Shown here: positions 19,968 to 30,907 of the stretch, piece after piece
How the letters are laid out: each line of letters begins with the position of its first letter
Position numbering within the stretch: the first letter of the stretch is position 1
Assembly: GCA_963715985.1 (NCBI GenBank)
Contig: CAVQSP010000015.1
Coordinates: 96,001-160,000, forward strand
Length of the DNA: 64,000 nucleotides
Source of the DNA: an uncultured Thermoleophilia bacterium
Lineage (GTDB): Bacteria; Actinomycetota; Thermoleophilia; UBA2241
Direction: 5' to 3'
Made by a program: the position numbers and the translations under genes
Notes under the pieces: model-generated
Told to the model about the DNA's origin: nothing
The model's database searches: none
What the model saw: the letters and a program-made list of their open reading frames with translations, nothing else

Positions 19968-22900
19968 TTACTTGGTGACAGTCAGGATCGAGCTGCCACG
20001 CTTGGTCTGGACGTTGCCCGCCTGGTCGACGGCGCCAACGCGGATGTTGTACTTGCCGGCCTTGAGCGGCGAATTCATGATGAACGTCTTGCTGACGTCC
20101 ACGCCGGTGGCCACGTTCGCGTAATGATGGGTGCTGATGGTCCTGCCGCTCAGCGTGCGGATCTGGATGACCGCAGTGGCAGTCGGCGTGACGGCGGTGA
20201 TGTTGAACGTGATGGTCGGGTTATGCCACCTCTTGCCGGCGCGCGTCGTGGCGTTCTTGGAGGTGACGGTCGGCGGGGTGCTGGCGACCTTGACCTGGAT
20301 GGTCTGGTTGGCCGACATGATGCCGACGTTGTCGACGCCGCGGTAGGTGATGGTGGTGACGCCGTCGCCGCCGACCTGAGCCTGCGAGCCGGTGGTCCAG
20401 TTGGTGCCACCGTCGGTGCTCCACTCAGTGTGGTTGTAGCCGGAGCCGACATCGGTGCCGGAGAAGTTGACGGTCGCGATCGGCTTCTGCCAGTTGCCGT
20501 TCTTCGGATCGATGGCGGTGACGACAGGAGCCGTGACGTCGAGCTTGACGGTGCGGCTCTTGTAGCCGGTCACCGACGTGATGTTGAGGTACGGATGCAT
20601 CGGGATGGGCGCCCAGCCGACGATGACGCCGGTCTCGACGTTACCCGGGAGCGGCATCGGGTTCGGGGTCAACTTCGAGGCCGCGACGCCCGCCGGGTTG
20701 GTCGAGTTGTCGATCGAGAAGAAGTCGATCGTGTGCATGGCGCCCTGGACGGCCGCGCCGAGGTTGACGGCGGTGTCGTACGTGACGGTCGCGGTGGTGT
20801 TGACGCTCCCCGTCCACGGAGTGGCCTGGTCGACACGGTACCAGGTGGCCTTGACGCCTGCGCCCGGAGCCTGATCGGTCGCGGTGAGGACGAACGGCTT
20901 GAGGCCGTTGACCCACTGCGCATCGCCGTAGCCGGCGGTACCGATGGTGGCCGGCGGACGGGTGTCGATCTTCACCGTGAGGCTGGTGTCGACGGCCTCG
21001 TTCTTGGCCTGGTCGGTGGCACGGTAGTTGAGCGGCCAGATGCCGTCAGTGCGGCTGTTCGGATACGGATCCACGGGGATCCAGACCTCGCCAGGATTCT
21101 GGCTCAGCGGGGTCCACTTGGTGGGAACAGCAGGGCCGATGACGTGCGGCAGAAGGAACGGCATCGGCCAGTTGGGCACCTGATACTCGATGCCGGGGGC
21201 CCTGAGGGCGGAGTTCGGGTCCGTGGCCATGAGGACGACGGAGAACTCCGAGTTGTACCACATGCCGTTGTAGTTGTTGGAGAGCTTCGGAGCCTTGTTG
21301 TCGAGCCAGACCCAGGCGAGGTTCCAGACCTCTTTGTTGCCGGCCTTGTCGACCGCGCGGTACCAGAGGTACACGGGGCCGACCGGAGCGGTCTCCGTGA
21401 TGGAGACGTCGCCGGTGGCGGCCACGCTGGCGGTGGAGGCAGAGCCGGCGAGCTGGGTGCCCGCGGAGCTCAGTGTGGGCGGCGTGGTGCCGGAGTTGCC
21501 CTTGATGTACTCGATGTACGCCACGCCGGAACCGATGCCGGAGCCACCCGCGTCAACAGCGGAAAGCGTGACCGTGACGTCCTTGTTGGTCCAATGCGGC
21601 GTGCTCGGAGCTGTGGCCGCCACACCGGCCGGGTCGGTCGGCACGACGTAGGTGATGTTGGTGCTCGGAGCCATGTTGTCGACGACAACGCTGGCGCCCG
21701 GATAGCCGACGCCGAGGTAGAGCGCGTCGGAGGCAGCCTTGGCGCTGCTCTTCGCAGCAGCAGGCACCGTCGGGGCAGTCGGGACCGGGAAGGCGGTGTC
21801 GGGGAAGCCGCCGTTGCCGGCGAAGTCGGAGCCCCTGACCACGACGCGGTACTCAGCGTTGTAAGTCGGCCTCACGTTGATGGTGCCCTCGACGTGGTAC
21901 GAATAGGGATCGAAGGCGTTGGCCTTGACGACCGGGATCCCGGAGGCCTTCTGCCAAGTACCCGGCCAAGTCTCCCAGTTCACCCACAGGCCGCCCGTGT
22001 CTTGGCTCTTCCACTCGATCGTGGCGATAGGAGCGAAGAAGTTCGAGCTGCCGGGGATGTACTGCGCCACACCGGAGCCACCGTCGTCGATGACTTCAGC
22101 GGTGAACTTGATGTCGCCGGTGTAGTAGCCGGGGATGGTGCTGGTCGGCCAGTTCCACACGACGTACGGGCTCTTGGTGTCGTACCCGATCTCGTCCCAG
22201 CTGTCTGTGATCTGGCGCTGGCCGAACATGTCGGCCGCCCAGTGATCGATGCCGTAGACGCCGTCGTTGGCGTACGGGGGCGCGGTCACGGCCGGGAAGT
22301 ACCGGGGACGGGATAGCTGGCGAGCATGACGGTGTTCTGCACGTTGGGATTAACGGTGCCCCACGGGCTCCACGTGATCGGCGTCATGCCCTTGCCGGCG
22401 TCGTTGTTCTTCCACAAGACCCAGTAGGTCATGCCCATCGGGGCGCTGTACTGCTGGTCGAACGTCGCCGTGAGGACGCCGAGGGTGCCGCTGCCGTTGG
22501 TCCAGTTGCGACCGCCGCGGCCAGGATGGCCGGCCGGGTCGAAGGAGACGGTGGAGATCGGCGGCCCGTTGAAGTCGAGGGTCACGGTCTGCGACGTCAC
22601 CGATGCGACGAGACCCAATCCACTGGCGAACTGGTAGAACTCGACGTTCACCTGGAACAGGTTACCGTTGAACCAGTAGCCGGGGATGTTCGGGAGCACC
22701 ACCATCTTGGACTGCGTGGTGCCGACGGGATAGGCGTAGGGACCAAAATCGCTCGCGCCCTGGACCTTCGCGAGAGTCCACGCGGACCATGTGGGATCGC
22801 TGGCGTTGTCTTTCGCACGGACCCAGAACGCCACGTAGTTCGCGTTGAGGCTGGCCGCCGAATACGTGACCTTCACGGTGGTGTCGCCCGCCCACGTCTG

Positions 22901-23029
22901 TCCGTCGTTCACGATCGCGGTGTCGGTGGCGGCCAGTGCCACAGCAGGCACGATCGCCATGACCAGCATGGCGACCACCACCGCAAGGAGGATCACTCCT
23001 CTCTTACTCCGTCGTTTCGTTTGCTGCAT
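19968..23029 (-). CDS. Large secreted Ig-repeat surface protein (S-layer candidate), frameshift near 22290
   Basis: Signal peptide MQQTKRRSKRGVILLAVVVAMLVMAIVPAVALA; repeated D..AP.T...SG...YRA.D.AGN units; ends AVDQAGNVQTKRGSSILTVTK; ORFs 22286-23092 and 19968-22289 abut. Confidence 0.8.
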
Positions 23030-23525
23030 GTTACGACCTCCTGAATGGTTCAACACGATGGCTTTGAGCCAAGCTGACGTGGGATGGCGCACCCACGGGG
23101 ACGCATGTATCTCTCACGACACGACCACCTCCTAGGCTTGCTTGCAGAGCCCTACCCGCCTGAGTCGGGGCCATGGACTGACCCGCTTTCGCGCCCCAGC
23201 TGTCGCTGCACGAACAGTTGGCGCGCCCCCTCGTTGCGTTACTCCACACAGCTGAACACTCTATAACGAGTACGTCGAGGGAGTCCAGCAGGCTGCTGGC
23301 CCCGGCGACGGTGACCGTATGGGTTGTCGGTTGGGGGGTTCTCAAGGTCGAGCGACCTCCAGATCGACTCTGTCAGGTGTCTCTCTACAACGCGAGCCTC
23401 GGTATTCCTTCTCCGGCAGTAGCAGCCACCTCCTCGCTCGTCGCTCCAGGAGCGCCCATCACGGACGTGATGTCGCGCGGGCCCTCCATGCCGTGGGCCG
23501 CCCTCGCGGGCTGGTCCGTTGAGGC

Positions 23526-23554
23526 ACTCTACCGTGCCGTCCGTCGCCGCGCAA
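23526..23554 (-). promoter_or_regulatory. Housekeeping-type promoter TTGCGC-N17-TAGAGT
   Basis: Exact 17-bp spacing; the same two hexamers recur upstream of guaB3. Confidence 0.55.
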
Positions 23555-23893
23555 CACGGAAGAACGAATTCCTTCACGCCGGCTCAACATGGCCGAAACG
23601 GCCAGACGGGACCCTTTCCACATACCCCGAGACGCGAGAGTCCACGCTCCGCCGAGCCCCGGGGAACTCCCGAGGCGGCACGCGATCCTAGGTGTCGCGC
23701 GCCCTCGCGCGCGTCATGGTAAAGCGTGCGCGAAGGCCCGCGGCGGGGCGGAACGCCGGGGCGTCCTGGCCGGGGCCGGCGCGCGCGCCGGCGCGCGTGA
23801 GGCGCCCACGGCGCCGGCGCAGTCACGGAAGAAGGGGGCCTGGGCGGGGCGGCGGCGGCCGCGGCCGGGGCCGCGGCCGCCGTCGCGGACGCT

Positions 23894-24241
23894 CTACTTG
23901 ATGGCGTCGCGGCCGCGCTCGCCGGTGCGCGTGCGCACGGCGTCGTCCACGGGCATGACGAAGATCTTGCCCTCGCCGATCTGGTTGCTCTTCAGCGAGG
24001 CGGTGATGGCGTGCACGATGCGCTCGACGTCCTGTTCGAGCACCACCATCTCGACCTTCATCTTGGGGTGGAACCTGTACTCGCCCGGCTTGACGTCCTC
24101 GCCGCGCGTGAAGCCCTTCTGCACGCCGAACCCCTTGACCTCGGCCACCGACATGCCGACCACGCCCTCGACGGCCAGGGCCTCGGCCACCGCGTCGAGG
24201 TTGTACGGCTGGATGTAACACTCGATCTTCTTCATGCTCAC
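23894..24241 (-). CDS. P-II family nitrogen regulator with divergent T-loop
   Basis: MKKIECYIQP, VKGFGVQKG, GEGKIFVMPVDDAVRTRTGERG. Confidence 0.92.
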   Translation of the reverse strand: MSMKKIECYIQPYNLDAVAEALAVEGVVGMSVAEVKGFGVQKGFTRGEDVKPGEYRFHPKMKVEMVVLEQDVERIVHAITASLKSNQIGEGKIFVMPVDDAVRTRTGERGRDAIK

Positions 24242-24330
24242 CGCTCCTTTCGACCCACCGTCAGCACGCCGCGGTGGGATGCGTTCTCACGTCCGCGCAT
24301 CGGTCTGCGCCGTACCTTACCCCGGACGAC

Positions 24331-25692
<1,362 letters not shown>

Positions 25693-26025
25693 GTAGTGCC
25701 CTCCACTAGGCGACTCAGGTCTGGGTGCGCATCGGGCTCCGCGGCGTACCGCGCGCGGCAGGTCGAGCAATGGCCGGGCGCGTCCGTGAGCGGGGCGCCG
25801 CGAGTATACGCCCTCGTGTACCACCCCGCAGTCGCCATTCGGGCCAAACTTGGACGCGGAACATGGGCCAAGTGGTACATCGTGGCCCATGACGCGGAGG
25901 CGAGCGGCCGGAGAAGCGGGGCGGGCGGCGGACGAAGGTCCCCCCGCCCGCCCGACACCCCGCGCGGCTGCGACACCCATGGTCCTTGTACAGGGAGTCT
26001 AATCAGCACGGGTCGGATTGGCACC

Positions 26026-26067
26026 TTGTCCCGACAAATTGACGATGCCGCCACACGCTCCTATAGT
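26026..26067 (+). promoter_or_regulatory. Promoter TTGACG-N17-TATAGT with adjacent palindrome TTGTC-CC-GACAA
   Basis: -35 at 26039-26044, -10 at 26062-26067; inverted repeat at 26026-26037 abuts the -35. Confidence 0.65.
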
Positions 26068-26170
26068 CAACAGTACCGCACACGAACGAACGCGCGGGCG
26101 CCCCTGCCACGAGGCCCCGTGCGGGCACGGCCAGCGCAGCGCCCGGTGGCGCGAGGAAGGAGTCGCACGC

Positions 26171-27670
26171 ATGACTCTCAGGACGCCCGAAGAGTTCATC
26201 CAGAGCATCGCGGACCTGCATCTGCAGATCTACCTCTTCGGCGAGAAGGTCGACGACTACGTAAGGCACCCGGTCATCCGCCCCAGCATCAACTGCATCG
26301 CCATGACGTACGAGCTGGCGCAGCAGCCCGAGTACGAGGACCTCATGCTGGCCACGAGCCACTTGAGCGGCCGCAAGGTCAACCGCTTCAGCCACATCCA
26401 CCAGTCCACCGACGACCTCTCCAAGAAGGTCAAGATGCAGCGCCTGCTGGGCCAGAAGACCGGCTCCTGCTTCCAGCGCTGCGTGGGCATGGACGCCATC
26501 AACGCGCTGTACTCCGTCACCTACGAGATCGACCAGGCCAGGGGCACCGACTACCACGCCCGCTTCAAGGACTACGTGCGCTACCTGCAGGACAACGACC
26601 TGGTGGCGGATGGGGCCATGACCGACCCCAAGGGCGACCGCTCCCTGGCGCCGCATCAGCAGCCTGACCCCGATGTGTACGTCCACATCGTGGAGAGGCG
26701 CGACGACGGCATCGTGGTACGCGGCGCCAAGGCGCACCAGACGGGCGCCTGCAACTCACACGAGATCGTGGTGATGCCGACCGTGGCGATGCGCGAGGGC
26801 GACGAGGACTTCGCCGTGAGCTTCAGCTGTCCGGCCAACGCCGAGGGCGTGTACTACATCTACGGCCGCCAGAGCTGCGACACGCGCAAGCTCGAGGAGT
26901 CGGACCTGGACGTCGGCAACATGCGCTACGGCGGCCAGGAGGCCTTGATGGTCTTCGACGACGTGTTCGTGCCGTGGGAGCGCGTGTACATGTGCGGAGA
27001 GATCGAGTTCTCGGGCGCGCTCGTGGAGCGCTTCGCCGGCTTCCACCGCCAGAGCTACGGCGGCTGCAAGGTCGGCGTGGGCGACGTGCTCATCGGCGCC
27101 GCCGCCCTGGCCGCCGACTACAACGGCGTCGCCAAGGCCAGCCACATCAAGGACAAGATCATCGAGATGACGCACCTCAACGAGACGCTGTTCTCGTGCG
27201 GGCTGGCCTGCTCCTACGAGGGCGTCAAGATGCCGGCGGGCAACTACCAGATCGACATGCTGCTCGCCAACGTATGCAAGCAGAACGTGACGCGCTTCCC
27301 CTACGAGATCGCGCGCCTCGCCGAGGACATCGCCGGCGGCCTCATGGTCACCATGCCGTCGGCGCAGGACCTCGCCGACGCCAAGCTCGGCCCCATCGTG
27401 GAGAAGTTCCTCGCCGGCTCCTGCGACACGCCGACCATCGACCGCATGCGCGTGCTGCGCCTCATCGAGAACCTCACCATCGGCGCGGGCGCCGTCGGCT
27501 ACCGCACGGAGTCCATGCACGGCGCCGGTTCGCCGCAGGCCCAGCGCATCATGATCGCGCGCCAGTCCAACCTGGACCACAAGAAGGACCTGGCCAAGGC
27601 CATCGCGGAGGTCGGCAAGCCGTGGGCCAAAGAGAACGTGAAGAAGCCCACGGCCGTGCCCGCCCACTAA
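26171..27670 (+). CDS. abfD: 4-hydroxybutyryl-CoA dehydratase/vinylacetyl-CoA isomerase
   Basis: CFQRCVGMD and HRQSYGGCKVG (Fe-S ligands), AMTDPKGDRS, ESMHGAGSPQAQ; cat2 lies downstream. Confidence 0.9.
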   Translation: MTLRTPEEFIQSIADLHLQIYLFGEKVDDYVRHPVIRPSINCIAMTYELAQQPEYEDLMLATSHLSGRKVNRFSHIHQSTDDLSKKVKMQRLLGQKTGSCFQRCVGMDAINALYSVTYEIDQARGTDYHARFKDYVRYLQDNDLVADGAMTDPKGDRSLAPHQQPDPDVYVHIVERRDDGIVVRGAKAHQTGACNSHEIVVMPTVAMREGDEDFAVSFSCPANAEGVYYIYGRQSCDTRKLEESDLDVGNMRYGGQEALMVFDDVFVPWERVYMCGEIEFSGALVERFAGFHRQSYGGCKVGVGDVLIGAAALAADYNGVAKASHIKDKIIEMTHLNETLFSCGLACSYEGVKMPAGNYQIDMLLANVCKQNVTRFPYEIARLAEDIAGGLMVTMPSAQDLADAKLGPIVEKFLAGSCDTPTIDRMRVLRLIENLTIGAGAVGYRTESMHGAGSPQAQRIMIARQSNLDHKKDLAKAIAEVGKPWAKENVKKPTAVPAH

Positions 27671-27731
27671 TGCACGGGAGAGCTATTGAGCGATCGCCGG
27701 CGCCGAAGGCGCTTTGGCGGACGGACTGACG

Positions 27732-28109
27732 ATGGAGGGGGAGGCACGCACAGCGCCTGAGCCTCAGGTCAAGCCTGAGTCCGGCCGGGATCCCGCGAAG
27801 AGAGCGGACGTCGTCTACTGCGGCGGCTGCAACCCCCACATCGACCGCACGGCCGTCGCGGCGGAGCTGCCGCTCGACGATCCCGACATACGACCCGGCG
27901 CGACCGTGCACCTCAGCGGGTGCCCGCGGGCCTGCGCCTCGGACCATCAGCTGACCGGCCGGCCCGGCCACGACGATGCGCACGAGTCCGGGGGCGCGCC
28001 CCCGGACGACGCCCCCGTCGTCGTGATCGTCGCCGGCGAGCTGGTCGACGGCGTCCCCACAGCCGCCGCAGAGCTCGCCCCGGCCGTCACGCGCAAGCTC
28101 AAGGAGTGA
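27732..28109 (+). CDS. Small Cys-motif hypothetical protein
   Basis: YCGGCNPHIDR and SGCPRACA; lies inside the operon. Confidence 0.65.
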   Translation: MEGEARTAPEPQVKPESGRDPAKRADVVYCGGCNPHIDRTAVAAELPLDDPDIRPGATVHLSGCPRACASDHQLTGRPGHDDAHESGGAPPDDAPVVVIVAGELVDGVPTAAAELAPAVTRKLKE

Positions 28110-28114
28110 CGGGG

Positions 28115-29425
28115 ATGGAGTGGAAGACGGAGTACGACCGCAAGCGCACGTCGGCCGCCCAGGCTATGGAGTGCGTGAAGTCGAGAGACCGGGTGGTGTT
28201 CGCCCACGCCTGCGGCGAGCCGCTCGATCTGGTGGACGCGCTCGTCGCCCGCGCCGGCGAGCTCAAGGACGTTGAGATCAACCACATGGTCGCGATGGGC
28301 AAGGGCGAGTACTGCCGGCCCGAGCTCGCCGACTCGTTCTTCCACAAGTCCCTGTTCGTCGGCGCGTCCTCGCGAGGAGCCGTCAAGGAAGGTCGCGGCG
28401 ACTACATCCCCGTCTTCTTCAGCGAGATCCCCAAACTGTTCTGCGAGGGCTATCTGCCGCCCGACGTGGTCCTGATCCACGTCTCGCCGCCCGACAAGCA
28501 CGGCTTCTGCTCCTTCGGCATCTCGGTGGACTACACCAAGCCCGCGGCCCAGGTGGCGAAGACGGTCGTGGCCCAGGTGAACCCCAACATGCCGCGCACC
28601 CACGGCGACTCGTTCATCCATGTCTCCGAGATCGACTTCATCGTCGAGAGCGAGCAGCCGATCATCGAGCTCCAGCCGCCGGCGATCGGCCCGGTCGAGG
28701 AGGCCATCGGCAAGCACATAGCGGGCCTCGTCGAGGACGGCTCCTGCCTGCAGCTCGGCATCGGCGGCATCCCCGACGCGGTGCTCCTCTTCCTGCACGA
28801 GAAGAACGACCTCGGCATCCACAGTGAGATGTTCAGTGAGGGTGTCGTGGACCTCTACAACGAGGGCGTCATCACGAACCGCAACAAGGCGATCAACCGC
28901 GACAAGATGGCGGCGACCTTCCTGATGGGCACGCGCCGCCTCTACGACTTCGTCGACGACAACCCGGCCGTCAACATGTTCCCGGTGAACATCATCAACG
29001 ACCCGTACCTCATCGGCCAGAACGATCGTGTGGTGGCCATCAACTCGGCCATCCAGGTCGACCTCATGGGCCAGGTCGTGGCCGACGCCATGGGCGCGAC
29101 GCAGTTCACCGGCATCGGCGGCCAAGTGGACTTCGTGCGCGGCGCCGCCCGCAGCCGCGACGGCAAGGCCATCATCGCCCTGCCCTCGACGGCCAAGAAG
29201 GGCACCGTGTCGCGCATCGTCGCGGCCATCGCCCCCGGCACCGCGGTGACCACGATGCGCGCCGACGTCGACTACATCGTCACGGAGCACGGCGTGGCGC
29301 ACCTGCGAGGCCTCGGCCTGCGCGAGCGCGCCGAGGCCCTCATCGGCATCGCCGACCCGGCGTTCAGAGACCAGATCCGCGAGGAGGCGGCCGCCGTCTA
29401 CGGGCCCGGCCGCCTGGCTCGCTAG
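28115..29425 (+). CDS. cat2: 4-hydroxybutyrate CoA-transferase (acetyl-CoA hydrolase/transferase family)
   Basis: LQLGIGGIPDAV, LGIHSEM, GIGGQVDFVRGA, VTEHGVA. Confidence 0.85.
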   Translation: MEWKTEYDRKRTSAAQAMECVKSRDRVVFAHACGEPLDLVDALVARAGELKDVEINHMVAMGKGEYCRPELADSFFHKSLFVGASSRGAVKEGRGDYIPVFFSEIPKLFCEGYLPPDVVLIHVSPPDKHGFCSFGISVDYTKPAAQVAKTVVAQVNPNMPRTHGDSFIHVSEIDFIVESEQPIIELQPPAIGPVEEAIGKHIAGLVEDGSCLQLGIGGIPDAVLLFLHEKNDLGIHSEMFSEGVVDLYNEGVITNRNKAINRDKMAATFLMGTRRLYDFVDDNPAVNMFPVNIINDPYLIGQNDRVVAINSAIQVDLMGQVVADAMGATQFTGIGGQVDFVRGAARSRDGKAIIALPSTAKKGTVSRIVAAIAPGTAVTTMRADVDYIVTEHGVAHLRGLGLRERAEALIGIADPAFRDQIREEAAAVYGPGRLAR

Positions 29426-29524
29426 CGACCGCAGGCACAACAGCGAGCGGGGCGCCGGAGGCGCACCGCTCACTAGCGACCGATGGCACGATAGCGAGCG
29501 GGGCGCCGGAGGCACACCGCTCAG
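29418..29524. repeat. Two 51-bp tandem units overlapping the cat2 stop codon, each containing a hairpin
   Basis: CTAGCGACCG at 29422 and 29473; hairpin GAGCGGGGCGCC-GGA-GGC(G/A)CACCGCTC in both units. Confidence 0.85.
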
Positions 29525-29552
29525 CAGCACCTACACGGAGGAGTACGCAGTC

Positions 29553-30818
29553 ATGGACCACGTTCACAACGAACCCGAGCCGCGCGTCTTTTCGGCACAG
29601 GCCGGCGGTCAGCAGGTGGAAGGCCGGCGCGTGGAGCGCAAGATGCGCATCCACCGCCAGCCCAAGACCCTGATCACGGGTCTCGGCGCCCTCGAGCAGC
29701 TCGGTGTGGAGGCCAAGAAGCTCAACGGCTCCAAGGTGCTCGTCATCACGGACAAGGGCGTGAGCGAGTGCGGTATGTGCGTGGACGTCGAGCGCCCGCT
29801 CGTGGACGCCGGCCTCGAGGTCTCCTTCTACGACGAGGCCGTCCCCGAGCCGCCGATGAGCACCATCGAGGAGATCGTGCGCGTGGTCGAGAAGGGCGGG
29901 TACGACCTCATCGTCGGGTTCGGCGGCGGCTCGCCGATCGACGTGGCCAAGGCGGCGGCGGTCCTGCCGCATACCGGTGACACGGTCTACGACTACGTGG
30001 GCATCGACATGGTGAAGCGCAAGGGCCTGCCGATCATCGCCGTGCCCACCACCGCCGGCACCGGCTCGGAGTGCACGGCCATCGCCATCTTCGCCAACGA
30101 GAAGCTCAACGTGAAGCAGGGCCTCGTGAGCCCGTTCCTCATGCCCAACGTGGCCCTCATCGACCCGGCCCTGACCCTGAGCTGCCCGCCCAACGTGACG
30201 GCCGCCTCCGGCATGGACGCCCTCATCCACAACATCGAGGCGTACATCTCCGTGAACGCGACCATGCACACCGACTCGCTCGCCTACGAAGGCATCAAGC
30301 TGATCAGCGCCAGCATCCGCACAGCCGTGTACGACGGCGGCAACATGTGGGCCCGAGACAGCATGGCGATGGGCTCCATGATGGGCGGTATCGCCTTCGG
30401 CAACGCGGGCGTGGGCGCCGTGCACGCGCTGTCCTACCCGATCGGCGGCATGTTCCACGTGCCGCACGGCGTTGCCAACACGATGGTGTTGCCGTGGGCG
30501 ATGGAGTACAACATGCTCGCCTGCCTGCGCTGGTTCAAGCAGTTCGGCGAGGCCATGGGCGAGAACATGATCGGGCTCTCCGACCGCGAGGCCGCCGAGA
30601 AGACCGTCGCCGCCCTGCGGCTGCTGGCCGACGACCTCAACGTCCCGCAGTACCTGAGCGACGTCGGCATCCCCGAGTCCGCCATCCCCGACCTCGTGGA
30701 GGGCGCCAAGACCCAGGTGCGGCTCTGGAACAACAACCCGCGCAAGTTCACGCCGGAGGACATGGAGCAGGTGTACCGCAACATGGCCGTGCGGCCGGGC
30801 TCGAAGCCCGTGCAGTAG
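29553..30818 (+). CDS. Iron-containing alcohol dehydrogenase (probable 4-hydroxybutyrate dehydrogenase)
   Basis: GFGGGSPIDVAK, PTTAGTGSE, GMDALIHNIE, VHALSYP...PHGVAN; substrate inferred from context. Confidence 0.88.
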   Translation: MDHVHNEPEPRVFSAQAGGQQVEGRRVERKMRIHRQPKTLITGLGALEQLGVEAKKLNGSKVLVITDKGVSECGMCVDVERPLVDAGLEVSFYDEAVPEPPMSTIEEIVRVVEKGGYDLIVGFGGGSPIDVAKAAAVLPHTGDTVYDYVGIDMVKRKGLPIIAVPTTAGTGSECTAIAIFANEKLNVKQGLVSPFLMPNVALIDPALTLSCPPNVTAASGMDALIHNIEAYISVNATMHTDSLAYEGIKLISASIRTAVYDGGNMWARDSMAMGSMMGGIAFGNAGVGAVHALSYPIGGMFHVPHGVANTMVLPWAMEYNMLACLRWFKQFGEAMGENMIGLSDREAAEKTVAALRLLADDLNVPQYLSDVGIPESAIPDLVEGAKTQVRLWNNNPRKFTPEDMEQVYRNMAVRPGSKPVQ

Positions 30819-30823
30819 AAGCA

Positions 30824-30880
30824 ACGCGCGAAGGGCGGGCGGGGCGGCCGTGAAGGCCGCCCCGCCCGCCCTTCGCGCGT
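30824..30880. terminator. Long hairpin between convergent genes
   Basis: ACGCGCGAAGGGCGGGCGGGGCGGCC-GTGAA-GGCCGCCCCGCCCGCCCTTCGCGCGT. Confidence 0.75.
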
Positions 30881-30907
30881 ACGCGGCCGGCCTCGGCGGA
30901 GGGTCGC

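Noticed and set aside
16971-22316. 1781-aa plus-strand ORF and other long antisense ORFs (9862-12216, 55743-59051, 6106-8190)
   Set aside because: These are shadow frames of real opposite-strand genes in high-GC DNA, with Arg/Gly-rich translations and no motifs.
23130-23240. c-di-GMP or c-di-AMP riboswitch in the surface-protein leader
   Set aside because: Only fragmentary similarity (GCGAAAGC, GGTAGGG); the core consensus elements could not be placed.
26171-27670. 4-hydroxyphenylacetate 3-monooxygenase (HpaB) call
   Set aside because: Same fold family, but the Cys/His Fe-S ligands and the adjacent CoA-transferase indicate AbfD.
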